This document shows positions 14,109 through 31,660 of a stretch of DNA of 64,000 bases, piece by piece. Each line of letters starts with the position of its first letter. Position 1 is the stretch's first letter. Under the pieces are notes generated by a model. It did not search any database, had not been told where the DNA came from, and saw only the letters and a list, made by a program, of their open reading frames with translations. The position numbers and the translations under genes are program-made. Source of the DNA: Trichoplax sp. H2 (Eukaryota); NCBI GenBank assembly GCA_003344405.1, contig NOWV01000003.1:434001-498000 (forward strand). The letters are read 5' to 3'.

Positions 14109-14530
14109 AATGGACTACTCTACCGTACAGTACTGTACTAGTAGTACGGTACAGTACTAGAAAAAATACCTGGACTGGAAACTTTCCTCGGACAGATGGA
14201 CTTTTCTTACTAGATAAGGCCGAAAATGTGGAAAAATAGTTACTCAGTACAGATCTTCCGTGTCTGTTTTCTAAATCACTCGTATTAATTTGAATTTGAA
14301 CAACATTCATGATCTAAAGTTAATGTTTCTAAGCAGAGCTTAGTAACAGGTAATGGTACGCAATCTAATATTACTTAATTTAGAAAAAATCAGTCAATTC
14401 AGAATCGACTGTTAGCATACTAAAGTAATGTCATAATGAAGTCTTTGACACAATTTATTGACCAAATAAGGCTAAGTGTCCGTCCGTCCAAGCGAATTTC
14501 CGGTCCAGGTATTTTATCTACTAGTCCATG
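14109..14530. mobile_element. Non-autonomous TIR element (MITE-like) with 7-8 bp target site duplication
   Basis: Inverted arms 14158-14201 and 14478-14520 (36/44 identical by hand alignment), outer ends (A)ATGGACTA...TAGTCCATG, flanked by the direct repeat GTTTGGT at 14102-14108 and 14531-14537. Confidence 0.8.
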
Positions 14531-14579
14531 GTTTGGTACGACATAGGGAGTACAGTATACAGTACACGAAATATGGGCT

Positions 14580-19482
<4,903 letters not shown>

Positions 19483-19689
19483 TTGTCGCATCTGAAACCA
19501 TTGCGTGTGCTTCACCAGATGCGACAAACTGTTGAACATAAAAGTTCTAAGATTTTAATTGTTTAGATGCAACTATTGAATGTCTAAAAAGTTGTGCTTA
19601 CTTCGACGATAATCATAACGTTAAACGGCTAACTCAATTGACAATCTCTAGTTGTTAAACGAATAATGACTGCAAGAATTATAATTATA

Positions 19690-19753
19690 TTGCCAAAATG
19701 ACGATTTTTTTGTAAATTCTCCTTGAGAATAAATTAAATCTGATGCACGGTAG
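19690..19753 (+). promoter_or_regulatory. SECIS element (type 2) in the TXNRD2 3' UTR
   Basis: ATGA core at 19698-19701, helix GATTTTTTTGT/ATAAATTAAATC, unpaired AAA at 19714-19716, apical mini-stem TCTC/GAGA, 3' TGAT at 19741-19744, basal stem TTGCC/GGTAG. It lies ~220 nt after the Sec codon. Confidence 0.88.
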
Positions 19754-21303
19754 ATTATGTATCGCAATACTGTTATGCTTCGGAAGAATCACATTAACAC
19801 ATTAAGGGCATGTGATTCCTTTAATTGAGCAATGCTTAATCAAATTTTAAAAATAAAATTCAACTAACTTATCAATTTGCAAGACGCAATCGCGTAGTAA
19901 CTATTTTATCTTGTATGATTAATGCATTCCTAATCAGTATGATAACGAAGTTATAACAGTCAGTATTACAGACTTTCCTGTGGATACTGCAGTTATTCTT
20001 TGAGCATGTTAACGTAGTACATGTATATATGCACTTGATACCGTCCTATTATGTGCTTCCGTTATTAATCAATGGTTTCATTCCTACACAGTGCATGTTC
20101 TTACGGTCTTAAAAGAATCTAATTTTTACAGGTCTATTACACATTACCGTAGCTTGTAACTAACTTATAATGATTTTTCAGAAGATTGTAAGAGCGCATA
20201 AGCAATTACTGCAATCTTTATACACCCGAACAGGCGTCACCTGTCAATGTTGACAGCTGTTAAAAGTAGTTACTGATCTGAAAAATAATATTAGTAGGCA
20301 TTAACCTTAGATGTATGTATTTACCAATCTATCAAAGTATGACGGCTTCATAATACAACTTATACAGTACAATATGTAAAATTTCTACTATAGATTTTTC
20401 AATTGCTTAGTTGTTGCTAGAGTACAGTATAAACTTTACACCTTAGTTAAGTATTGTACTCCATATCTATATATACGTACAAGTAGTAATATCATCTTTA
20501 TCATATAGTTACAATTGCTGGGGTAGTATTAGATATCTGGAATTTAAAATGAACGCTAATCTAGAAATTAATATAGGCAGTTTACATATTGATACATCGC
20601 TCAATATTCTTTAAAGGTGTTGACAGCTAATATTCAGATTACATCACCTTCTTAATAGTTATCATAATGATTGTAAATAGTTTATTTACCAATAAACTTA
20701 CAAAGACCTTATATGGTAGATAATCTAAATTAAAAAATCTATTTCAAGATACGCAAATAACGTAAATATATCATAATTACACAAAAAGATATTAAAATCT
20801 CAAAATAAATAAGGTACGTAAAAATAAACATCCTTTTGATAAAATTTTATATAAACTACCAGGAAAACTACCGTATTTAGCAAGAGTTTTCTTCCCTATA
20901 TACACATGTGACAGCAGCTTCGCTAGCGCGCATTTTGAGAAAAAATTTATTTAGAAACAAAGTTTAACTTGATGACCATACTAAAATTTAATAGATTCGA
21001 ATCGTTATGAAGTGTGGGATAATCAATTGACTTACAATTAACTCTGCATGTATGCGAATCTGGGCAGCAGTAATGATGCCGTACTTTAATAGCTAAACTT
21101 GCTATATACAGTAATGGTAATATAGTCTTTAAATGCAAATTCGAAACATTGTAACGGTTTAATGTCAATTAATAGATTGAATTTCATATGTATCAGGGTT
21201 TACATGAAGTTCATATCGTAAATAGCGAATAAGAGTTAATTTAAAGCTATTGTTACTCACTAACTGTAGAAATATTCTCATTAAAGTTTGAGCGCTGAAG
21301 TTC

Positions 21304-23657
21304 CTAGTCTTCCTCAGAGAAAAGCTCAATTCTAACCGAAGCTAAACCTTGTGAAGGTTTTATGCTATTCTTCCCCTCCATCTTTGTTAAAGTAGACGAT
21401 CTTGAATATTTTATATCACAATTTTCTTTCTTTGCTGTACTCATTTTATAACCAAACTGCTGACGAAGGTTGTAATGTGTAGGTGAGCGAGTCACTCTCT
21501 CCGGTGTCGCCTATGAATTACAGTTCAGAAAATTTCTTTTATATCGAATAAATCATCATCTGAACGCATATCACTAACCATATCACTTTTATACGTACAG
21601 TATAATAAAATTGAAAGGAAGGGATTTAATGTAAACCAATGTATGCTAGAAAATTTTAAAATCAACTGCTGTCTAAGTAATGGATTACTTTTCCAACCGA
21701 TAGTTCCGCTATCGTAAGCCAAAAATATTATCAGTATACACGAATTGAAAACTACGGACTTACCACATCATCTGATATTTTTTCAGTATGTTTGACTACA
21801 GATTTCGGTTTCGGTATGGTATGTGTTTTCGGACGCGAAATTGCCTTTATTTCAACATCACTTTCACAGTTATCCGAAAGGCCACTATCGCGTAACTTAG
21901 ATGAATGCTTAGTTTTAATTCTAGCTGGATGCGGTTGCCTATTGTTTGTCTGTTCATATAAATGCTTATTGAAAATCTTGGCAGAAGAATTACTAGCATC
22001 TGTGCGAGATAATCTATCTACATCCTTTGCTAGAACTAATTTGTTATCTAGGAGGACTTTTATTTCCATATTTTGCTTGGCAATTTTTTCCAGCAAAGCG
22101 TTGTTAATTTTCGAATAATCGCGATATTTTATATAAGAAATCACAAGGATCGTGAAAGAGATCCCAATGAAGATTCTTCTGCATATCCACGTTGTACTAT
22201 AAATTATTTCCTATAGACGCGAAAGGCAAATAAATATTAGAATCAGAATATAACTGAATGATAAATCGCTACATTGGGTATATATTCCCTTCCTAACCTT
22301 GGCTTTGCTATCCACAGGCACAGAACTGTGTAAAATCGCCCCGAGTAATCGTTCAAATATTACATTAATAGTTAAAACTATAAACAACCAAATTCTTGCA
22401 TTAGCAGTGGACGGAGTAGTAGTAAGTAAATACGCTAATAAGATACTGATTACATAATAAACGCCAGTATAGATGGTAGAAAATTCTCCAAGAAGTAGCA
22501 TTTGGAGCGAAGTTAAGTACTGTAAGTTATTTCCAATTCTAGAAAACGCTCCTTGAATTATACGATAATTCTCTTGGGCGATATTGTTAGTCTTTGCCAA
22601 TGTATTTGTCATGTCTTCACTAGAATTTCTTATCGATTCTTTTAGAATTCTTTCATTTTGAATTATTAACCTTTGATTCTCTAGGGAATTATTTTGCTTT
22701 TGTAATACCTATAAAAACATTAAAATAGGTATAGCAAGTATTTTATTAAATCAGTCGATGATTAACTGTGGCGAATCTGATTTTTAAATAGCCAAAGTAT
22801 TTCAGTACATAAAATATTATAAAAATTGTTCTTCATGCTAAAATCGGATCAACATTGATCCCCGAAATCTTTTATAGCCGTGTTCATTAGAAATAAAAAT
22901 AATAACGTTTGAGTGTATCAACAATTGTAATTATGAGTATAGAACTGTTGACTAATTGAGCAATAATGATCACATTATACATGTTTGCATGCAGAATACT
23001 GCTTCAGTTTACTACAGCACTTTTCGAGTCATCAGACTCCTCACCGATCATTCGTCAATCGAATAATACGCTTAATCTATCATAAATATACAGAAGTTTA
23101 TTTGTGTGGCTAACCTCTTCATGGTATCGTAAGGACTGCTTCAATTTCATAGCTGTTTCAATGGAAGAAACCGATAGCTGATTGATAATTAATTCAGTAT
23201 CTTCTTGCCATCTCTGATTTCTGATGAAAAAACAGATACTAATTGCATTTGTGAAGAATTCAGTGTAGATGATAAAGTCCGCTTTATCCATGGCACGGGT
23301 GCATTCTTCGATAGATTGATTGTCGGAGCACGGGAATGTCGGATGCCCAGATCGAGCTAGATGGCAATTAGTCAGAGCAATAGCTAACCTTGATTGGTCG
23401 ACTGAAGAAAGATGCTTACAACCACTGTGAAATTGCATCAAGGCTTTATTCCAACATTGCGATGTTTCGCTCCACTTCTGTAAGCGATTAAGGTGTTTCT
23501 GTCCATGGCTGATACTTTCACTAGATACAATTTCGAAGGCTGGCTGTTCATATTTTTTACTCGTAAAATCTGAATTACAAGTAAGTGACAATCCAAGCAA
23601 AATAGTAGCACCTAAAATTACTCTATAACTGTGATAGAGTCTCCCGGCAAGTTCCAT
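21304..23657 (-). CDS. Brambleberry/GEX1/KAR5-family nuclear membrane fusion protein (4 exons)
   Basis: Signal peptide, then a Cys-rich domain (CWNKAL...GCKHL...QSRLAIALTNCHLARSG...C...CT..M...YTEFF...ICFF...WQ), a coiled coil, three TM segments and a low-complexity tail. Exons 23657-23115, 22708-22298, 22210-21764 and 21510-21304 join in frame. Confidence 0.85.
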
Positions 23658-24015
23658 CGTTGTACGTATTAATTAAGAGGGTTCATAAAAGTTAAGAGCG
23701 AAGTTGTCGCGCAGCATATACGAAGAAGAATAAATAATGTGATATAATCAAAACTAATGCCTTAATGAAAGAATTATGTACAGTACAGTACAAATAGTGT
23801 ATGACCATGCACTGTATCTTTCCCGTAGTAAACGTATGGCACAAAGTCGGATTTAAGTGTAAGTAATTGAAGATATTTGTACAAAATTTCGAAGTGGAAA
23901 AGAATAAAGTTGTAAAAAGCTAATCATGTTTATGACAGCAACTGTACAGTACAGTACGTTAACTACAATTTGTGCCCTAATCAAGGATTTTTTCTTAGAC
24001 GTCCCAGAATGTCCT

Positions 24016-24112
24016 GGCTAATACGTAGGATTTTTGTGAAAGTGTACGCATGAAAATTTTTCTTTCTTTAATAAATTTTATACTAAACGAAAGAAAATGA
24101 GTTGATTTACAA
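24016..24112 (+). repeat. Dispersed ~100-bp repeat, copy 2
   Basis: Matches 13402-13500 in the same orientation. Confidence 0.8.
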
Positions 24113-24527
24113 GGATCTGTCGTCAAAATTTCTGTATAACGTTTAATTTTTTCATAATTTAAGTTTAAAGATAAACCGTTATTTCGAAAACTACAGTACG
24201 CAGTATAGTAAACAGTGATGGTACTGTACAGTACAGTACAGTACTGTATAAACTAGTGTACAGTACAGTACTGTATGTTTATTTACACTATTATACTGTA
24301 CTGTACAGATTATTTACTCTACAGGATAATAATAAAAATGATTTTAAATGAATCAAATTTGAGAAATTAATTTTTTAAAATAGCGCTTACATTGCTGTCG
24401 AATTTTGATTGGCCTGTGATTTGTACGGAAGACAGTACAGACGCCAACCAAGTCGAATCGAACCTGTTGAATTTACTGTACTGTACAGTACTATAGTTAT
24501 ATAATAAGTCTATAATAATAAGTGTAT

Positions 24528-24663
24528 CCAGGGACTACTCAATCAAAATTGTACCCCGTTGCATAAAAATTGTCACTCATACTCTATAAAGATGACAGCT
24601 CTTTCTAGAGTATGGGTGACAATTTTTATGCAACGGGTACAATTTTGATTGAGTAGTCCCTGG
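24528..24663. mobile_element. Near-perfect 136-bp palindrome, hairpin-type MITE
   Basis: Arms 24528-24592 and 24600-24663 differ by 2 substitutions and 1 indel around a 7-nt loop. Ends are CAGGGACTACT...AGTAGTCCCTG; flanks GTGTATC/GTGTAAA. Confidence 0.78.
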
Positions 24664-24816
24664 TGTAAAGCTACAGTGTCATGGTCTATGGACTAGTGTA
24701 CTGTACTGTACTGTACTGTACAGTACAGTACAGTACATACAGTGTATACTGTACGGTGTACAATACTGAATTCAGATTACTGACACGGTGCACTACCAGG
24801 GGAGGTTTCGTAGAAC

Positions 24817-26914
24817 ATGGAAGGTGCTAAAGGTAGCGACAAGCCGCGATCTCCAGATCCAATTTATGTACTTCGCAGTATTAAATCACCTGTAACAGAT
24901 TTAAATATAGCTCTTTTAAGCAACATGCAGGTTATTTTTTGTGGGTACTGTATACGTATCCATGCTCGATAAGTTTAAGTTTTAAGTTTATAACAACAAT
25001 CATGTTGAATCATTACAGCAGAAATAAGCTATAAGCAATCCTTTATAGTATTGAACACTGTACTGTATACTGAGTAACCCATAGCTATAAAATGGCATTT
25101 TTATTCATACTTACAGTCGTTTCGATGGTCAAATAGAACTATGGAACTTGGAAAGCAAGCGCGTTATGTCGTCTATCGATGGGCATGGATGTTCTTCGGT
25201 TAATGCTATTGGATATCTATACGCTGAATATTTTTATAGGTACAGTACTACCGTACACTATAAACAACGTACATATCCACAATATTTCCTACATCTGTAA
25301 CATTTTTTAATATACTGAACACGTCAGTCATGGAAGGGATGGTAAAGTTAATGTTTGGAATTTATGCGGCGGCGGAATCGATAAGGTATCTTCATTTGCG
25401 TCCGAACTGACTAATTTCTGCAAGGCCTCTACTTTCTCTGATGGTATGTAAAATATTGTAAACGTTATTATACTATATCTGGCACTAGTTGCTTTTTAGC
25501 TATTACGTTATGATATAGCTTGTGATCTTACAAGTGGATTTATCTTAGATAATCTTAACATCATCAAGAGCTGTTGCAATGAAATTAAGAATTGGATTGC
25601 ACTGCCAGGTCCTGATTCTGAGGTAGTCTTGCTTTATTACACTACTCGTATTCTTGTATGTATATTGTGCTATCAATTACAAGAGTGTATGAGCCTGCTT
25701 TAATTCATGTGAACCAGATTACTATCAAAAATATTTGGAATGGTGAAAATGTGCATAAATTAAATATATCAAATGATGGTGGGCTTGGTAAGTAAATTAA
25801 CACCAGAATTGCTATACTCTAATAAATATTAATGTTTCATTTGCTTAAAGTATATAAACATTATATCGTCGCGTGCTGTATATGCAGTATGATATAATCA
25901 GACAGAGGGTTAAGAACCGTACGATGGTAAGTTCAGCTAATAATTACTACTGATTCTACTATACTATAATATCAAGGCATGTGCATGTACAGTAAATGCA
26001 TAGTAAACGAGCATTATGGTAGACCGTATATCATGGCCGGATACGAATGTGGAGACATAATTCTCTGGGATGTCGCTGAGCGTAAACCATTATGTCAAAA
26101 TAAGTGCTTTAATGAACCGGGTTAGTGACGCTACTGCTGCTACTTTTCAATATCGGTTCATTTAACTTCATGTTTAATTTGAATGAATTATCATTGCAAG
26201 AGAAAAAATTAACAGAGTAGTTTACTTCTTATTCAGTAACTTGTTTAGATTTAACTTCAACATATGCACACGGCTTGGTTGGATCGGTAGAAAGAGCAAT
26301 TACAACCGTGGAAATAAATAACATGGTTCAGTGTTGTCTATTTATTAATGAAATTTCTTAATAGTATACACTACAAAAACTTACAACGCTAAAAATGATT
26401 TGCAAGCGTTAGTGACTAAGATACTTATTTCTATACTACCTCAATAATAATTATAATAGGAAACCTTAGATGTTAAGCGTTCCGCAATTACCATAAAAAA
26501 TAGTGGTCTAAATGACATAAAAATTCGACCTGATAATAAACTGGTTGCAACTGCTGGCTGGGATGGAAGGTAATATTTATCAACTGTATCTTGGTTATTT
26601 ATAAGTAGTTGCGTTATCGTTTGCTTTAAATACTTCGATCGCATTCCGTTTTAAAAGTGTCCATAAACTAAGCATCTCTCAATTATAATTATTTAATGTA
26701 CACTCATTAATTTTTTCGGTACATATATGTTTCATGGCGAGGTAGGATTCGTTTATTTAGTATGAAATCATTGAAAGCACTTGCAGTTTTAACCTACCAC
26801 ACGGAAAGCATATCAAAGCTCGCTTTTTCCTACAATAACGCCATTGGATCGAAGCAGTTGCTAGTAGCTGGTTCAAGAGATGGCAGAATCAGTTTATGGT
26901 CAATTTATAATTGA
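24817..26914 (+). CDS. GNB1L: WD40 protein GNB1L/ASA1
   Basis: The N-terminus PRSPDPIYVLRSIKSPV matches the GNB1L PPDPxFVLRG motif. Later exons give SHGRDGKVNVW, GMCM, AGYECGDIILWD, IRPDNKLVATAGWDGRIR, LAVLTYH and AGSRDGRISLWSIYN-stop (TGA 26912-26914). Confidence 0.9.
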
Positions 26915-27411
26915 TATACTGTAGGTACTTCTCATCAATCGCATGCTAGCTGCCAAATTTATATCTAACACTACTGCCTTGTTTGGTTCCTTTCATGCTA
27001 ACTCGGTTTTGTCCATTGAATGTAAATTATACTATGAATTACGTTTATAATATACAAGATATGTCCACTGTACATTCACTACTTTCTTATCTACAGTATA
27101 ATTCAGAAGCCAACGAGCAAGTTTTTTTCCGTGTGAAGTTCTATTATTTATTTGTGCATTTAATAGCTGCAGTAATATACGTACATATCACGGGTTTTAA
27201 TGACGTATTTTACGCACTAAAGTAGTGGTAAGTAGTACAATGTAATTCGAAAATTTTCGCAATAAAATACTAGAAAACAGTCTGCCATTAATTCTTGTGA
27301 ATGAGGAACGGGCTATGTGATTCTGTTCATTAAAATATATAGTTATCTAACATAATTCTGAATCCACAATACATTAAAATAATAAATCTTCACGCACACA
27401 AGGGTTGGCGT

Positions 27412-28932
27412 TCATGAAGAATTAGCGGGCAATGATAGTCGCTTCTCTTTAAGTGATTCTACAATATTGAAAAAATATCTCATTTTCACCATAGCATCAC
27501 GAGCAGCTAATAAATTATCTAAAGTTGGATAAATGCAAAGAAGAAATGCAGCATTAGAAATAGAAACAAATAATATCCTTATCACTATATTTTAGAGACA
27601 TATCTACTTTTCACTGTTCATTTATCTTACGATCGCGAAAGCTGCTAGCACTCTTTTTGATGCAATCCTGTAATTTTCCTATGTGCACATGAAAAATGAG
27701 CAGTTAATCCGCTACATAAGTGATATAACTACTGCGTACTTAAACCATATATCGTTGTTACGCCAATTACCTTGTACTTCATCTTCGATCTCGTCCAATA
27801 GTTTTACATCCTCACAATTTAATACCCTTTCATTGAGATCTAATATCACTGATAAGAATCCTACATCAGCAGTTACGTCCCTTTCTTCTAAACTAATACC
27901 TTCGAGTTCTAGCTGTAGTAATAGCGGTTGACAGCTGTTAATGCTCAACAAAGTAAATTGAAAGGCTTTACAAACGCCCCTACCATGTAAATACCGCGGC
28001 TTAACGGATGAGTTAATGTTTCGTAGGCTTCATTAATCAAAGCAGATTGTTGAGCCGAATAATCCTTTTCTTTCTTAGCAACAAAAAGATTGCAAGTTAT
28101 CTACTATCATCGTGTATTACGGAGACAGAATCAATCTGTTTATCGCATTCAATTTAATTTGATTTGACGACGTTAAGATTCTGTGATTATAATATGAAAT
28201 TACGAAGTATCCCACTCTATTCTGAACTTTTACTTGAAAAATATAATCATTACAATGACTAATTTACGTACATCGTACCTGAGATTTCTTAATAAACTTA
28301 TCAGGATGCAACTCTGCTTGCAACTGTAAGAATGATTGCTTCAATTTTCTTAGATCCATGTCATATCTTAATTTGCTACAACGAATACTTTCATGTTAAT
28401 ACGTTATTAAAATATCACTGATTTAAACTAGAAGAACAGTATAATAGTGAAATTTATAGTTATAATAATACAGAAACATGGATTATATATATTAAGCGGT
28501 AGTACATAACTATACTACCATTTTTACAGGGAACTGATTATAACTATGATATTAACTAGTACGACAACAAACACAATGATAAATACTATATGCATACCTA
28601 TCAAAATAGCGAAAAAAAGTTACAGCGGTATTAGGGGGTTGAATCGCTACACAAGAATTGCAAAAAAAAATATCCTTTTGATCGATTTCTGATTGACAAC
28701 TCCAGCAGGTCTTAACATTTGTTGAAAAATATGTTTGTTGTGCAATCGTTGTGTTTTTGAAGCTGAAATTAATTCGGTCTGCATTTCTCAGACCGGAAAA
28801 AGAAAGGTATCGTAATAATTTCGATTGTTGAAAACGTAGTATAGTGTTACTTTGTATGCCTATCAATTGATTGCTAATAGTAGAAATTGTTAAAGACATA
28901 GGATAGCGAAATAAAGCGAACCGAAACGTCAT
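27412..28932 (-). CDS. HSCB: Fe-S cluster co-chaperone HscB/Jac1, mitochondrial
   Basis: Presequence-like N-terminus, CWSC...FFCNSC metal site, J-domain LQAELHPDKF, SAQQSALINEAYETLTHPLSRGIYM, and C-terminal domain ...MVKMRYFFNI. Stop TGA at 27412-27414. Confidence 0.93.
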
Positions 28933-31227
28933 CGTATAACCAACCGTAGGCGAAAGTGAGCATCAATTATAATTAATTATTATACTGTACGTACTGTATT
29001 AGTATACTGTATATATATTACTGTGAACGTACAGGATAACCGACAAGATGGTGAACGTATAGGCTGACCGGTGATATTATACGATTACCGGCTTCTTACA
29101 CTAAGCGTCACATACTGCACAGTATACATGTATACAGTACTGTATGTCATATACTGTACTGTATATAACATACAGTACAGTACTGTACGGTGCAGTGACA
29201 TTGTTATCAACTTTCATTGCCTAAATTAATAGTACAGTACAGTACTAGTGTACTTTTTCACTACTGCTTTGCAAAGCACCAGTGCTGAATGTACAGAATG
29301 TACGGTACACTGTACTGTTCACTGTAGACTGTACAGTACAGTACAGTCTACAGTACTTTTTACAATACAGTATACTGTACTGTACTGTAAATACTGTAAA
29401 TCTACGCACTCCTGTACTGTATTTCCGTTCCGTTCAGCGATACAGTGTACAGTACTGTACTATACTCGGTAGCCAGACCTGGATACACTTGCGTACTGTA
29501 GTACAGGATAATAATAATAATAATAATAATATAATTATAATTAAACGTTAATGTTGAATCACATCTGAGTTAGGCTGTAAACTGAACTGTATTTGTTTCA
29601 CAGCCGGATATTATAAAGCTAGTAAAATATCACTTGTAAATATGTTACTGTATTATCCGTACCGGTGCGTACCAGGTTACCATGTCAACAATACTGTACA
29701 TTAACGATATTGCATGAATTTGTTCGCAACTTCATCGCAGTTAGCGTAAATTACTGTACAGTGTAAGTATATGCTGTAGAAGTATCATTTGTATAGTATT
29801 ACTTTACATTTGATACTTTGATACTTACGAGTACATAGTACATAGTACATACTGTACTGTATACGTACAGTACAATAAAATAATTATGTTAATCATTAAT
29901 TATAATTAAATATATATTTACAGTAGTTATTGTAACAACATGACACTATAACAACAATAATGAGCTCGCGCATTCTATCTGTATATACGGCATGCCCCAA
30001 GTAGTATATTTTATGCGATAGGACCTTCTCTGNNNNNNNNNNNNNNNNNNNNATTTCTCAGACCGGAAAAAGAAAGGTATCGTAATAATTTCGATTGTTG
30101 AAAACGTAGTATAGTGTTACTTTGTATGCCTATCAATTGATTGCTAATAGTAGAAATTGTTAAAGACATAGGATAGCGAAATAAAGCGAACCGAAACGTC
30201 ATCGTATAACCAACCGTAGGCGAAAGTGAGCATCAATTATAATTATTATACTGTACGTATTAGTATACTGTATATGTTACTGTGAACGTACAGGATAACC
30301 GACAAGATGGTGAACGTATAGGCTGACCGGTGATATTATACGATTACCGGCTTCTTACACTAAGCGTCACATACTGTACAGTATACTGTACAGTACAGTA
30401 CAGTACTAGTGTAGTTTTTCACTACTGCTTTGCAAAGCACCGGTGCTGAATGTACAGTACAGTGTACTGTACTGTACAGTACTTTACAGTACAATACAGT
30501 ACTGTATACTGTACTGTACTGTACAGTACTGTAGATACAGTAGATCTACAGTACGCACTCCTGTACAGTACTGTATTTCCGTTCCGTTCAGCGATACAGT
30601 GTACTGTACAGTACAGTACAGTACTGTATAGTACTATACTCGGTAGCCAGACCTGGATACACTTGCGTACTGTAGTACAGTATAATAATAATAATAGTAA
30701 TAATAATAATAATAATAATAATATAATTATAATAACGTTAATATTGAATCACATCTGAGTTAGGTTGTAAACTGAACTGTATTTGTTTCACAGCCGGATA
30801 TTATACTGTAAAGCTAGTAAAATATCACTTGTAAATATGTTACTGTATTATCCGTACCGGTGCGTACCAGGTTACCATGTCAACAATACTGTACATTAAC
30901 GATATTGCATGAATTTGTTCGCAACTTCATCGCAGTTAGCGTAAATTACTGTACAGTGTAAGTATATGCTGTAGAAGTATCATTTGTATAGTATTACTTT
31001 ACATTTGATACTTTGATACTTACGAGTACATAGTACATAGTACATACTGTACTGTATACGTACAGTACAATAAAATAATTATGTTAATCATTAATTATAA
31101 TTAAATATATATTTACAGTAGTTATTGTAACAACATGACACTATAACAACAATAATGAGCTCGCGCATTCTATCTGTATATACGGCATGCCCTAAGTAGT
31201 ATATTTTATGCGATAGGACCTTCTCTG
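28783..31227 (+). other. Gap-flanking duplication (28783-30032 vs 30053-31227), likely uncollapsed haplotypes
   Basis: Both copies end exactly at the 20-N gap 30033-30052. The second copy carries a truncated HSCB exon 1. Confidence 0.85.
28982..29505. repeat. TACAG/CTGTA array plus an (AAT)n tract in the HSCB/AIFM3 divergent region
   Basis: Dense TACAG/CTGTA runs directly upstream of the HSCB ATG, followed by AAT repeats at ~29508-29535. Confidence 0.85.
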
Positions 31228-31660
31228 GTAACACTCGAAAGAAAAAAAGGAGGGAAATATTATAAGTGAAGTGGTATCTAGTATCATAGAATAACCTTGT
31301 ATCATTAATTTTGAATGACTCAGTCATTCAAACTGGGATTTCATTGTAACCTGTGTTTTAATTCGTTTTACTATTGTAATGTCATCGTGCTCAAATATAC
31401 TTATTAGCTTTTTCATATTCTTAATACGTTTAATACAGTCATCATAAAGTCTACGATCAGATCTACGAAAGGAACAAGTTTCATTAAGCTGTGCGATCAC
31501 AACTGGCTGATTTCCACTCTCCATTCTAGAAATGTACGTAGTTACCTGCACTACCAAGTGTCTTACACTTATAATTCACAGCCATGCCGTATTGCACTCC
31601 GATTAAAACTTAAGGGCTTAATAAATTGCTAGAAATAGAAACAGCGACCAGATTAGAGAG

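Larger units (their letters stand above)
23777..24766. repeat. TACAG/CTGTA arrays in the Brambleberry-like/GNB1L divergent region
   Basis: Clusters at ~23777, 23941, 24191-24309, 24474 and 24697-24766 (GTACTGTACTGTACTGTACTGTACAGTACAGTACAGTAC). Confidence 0.85.

Noticed and set aside
30011..30202. Apparent second HSCB gene or pseudogene
   Set aside because: It is identical to HSCB exon 1 and cut exactly at an N gap, which is best explained as an uncollapsed haplotype.
29248..30758. ORFs rich in TVQYS/YCTV (also 43348-44029, 12061-12279, 14059-14310)
   Set aside because: They are translations of TACAG/CTGTA arrays, which happen to lack stop codons, and show no protein features.
31091..31557. 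Minus-strand ORFs 31091-31327 and 31324-31557
   Set aside because: No homology cues; they are antisense to the probable AIFM3 5' region and likely chance ORFs.
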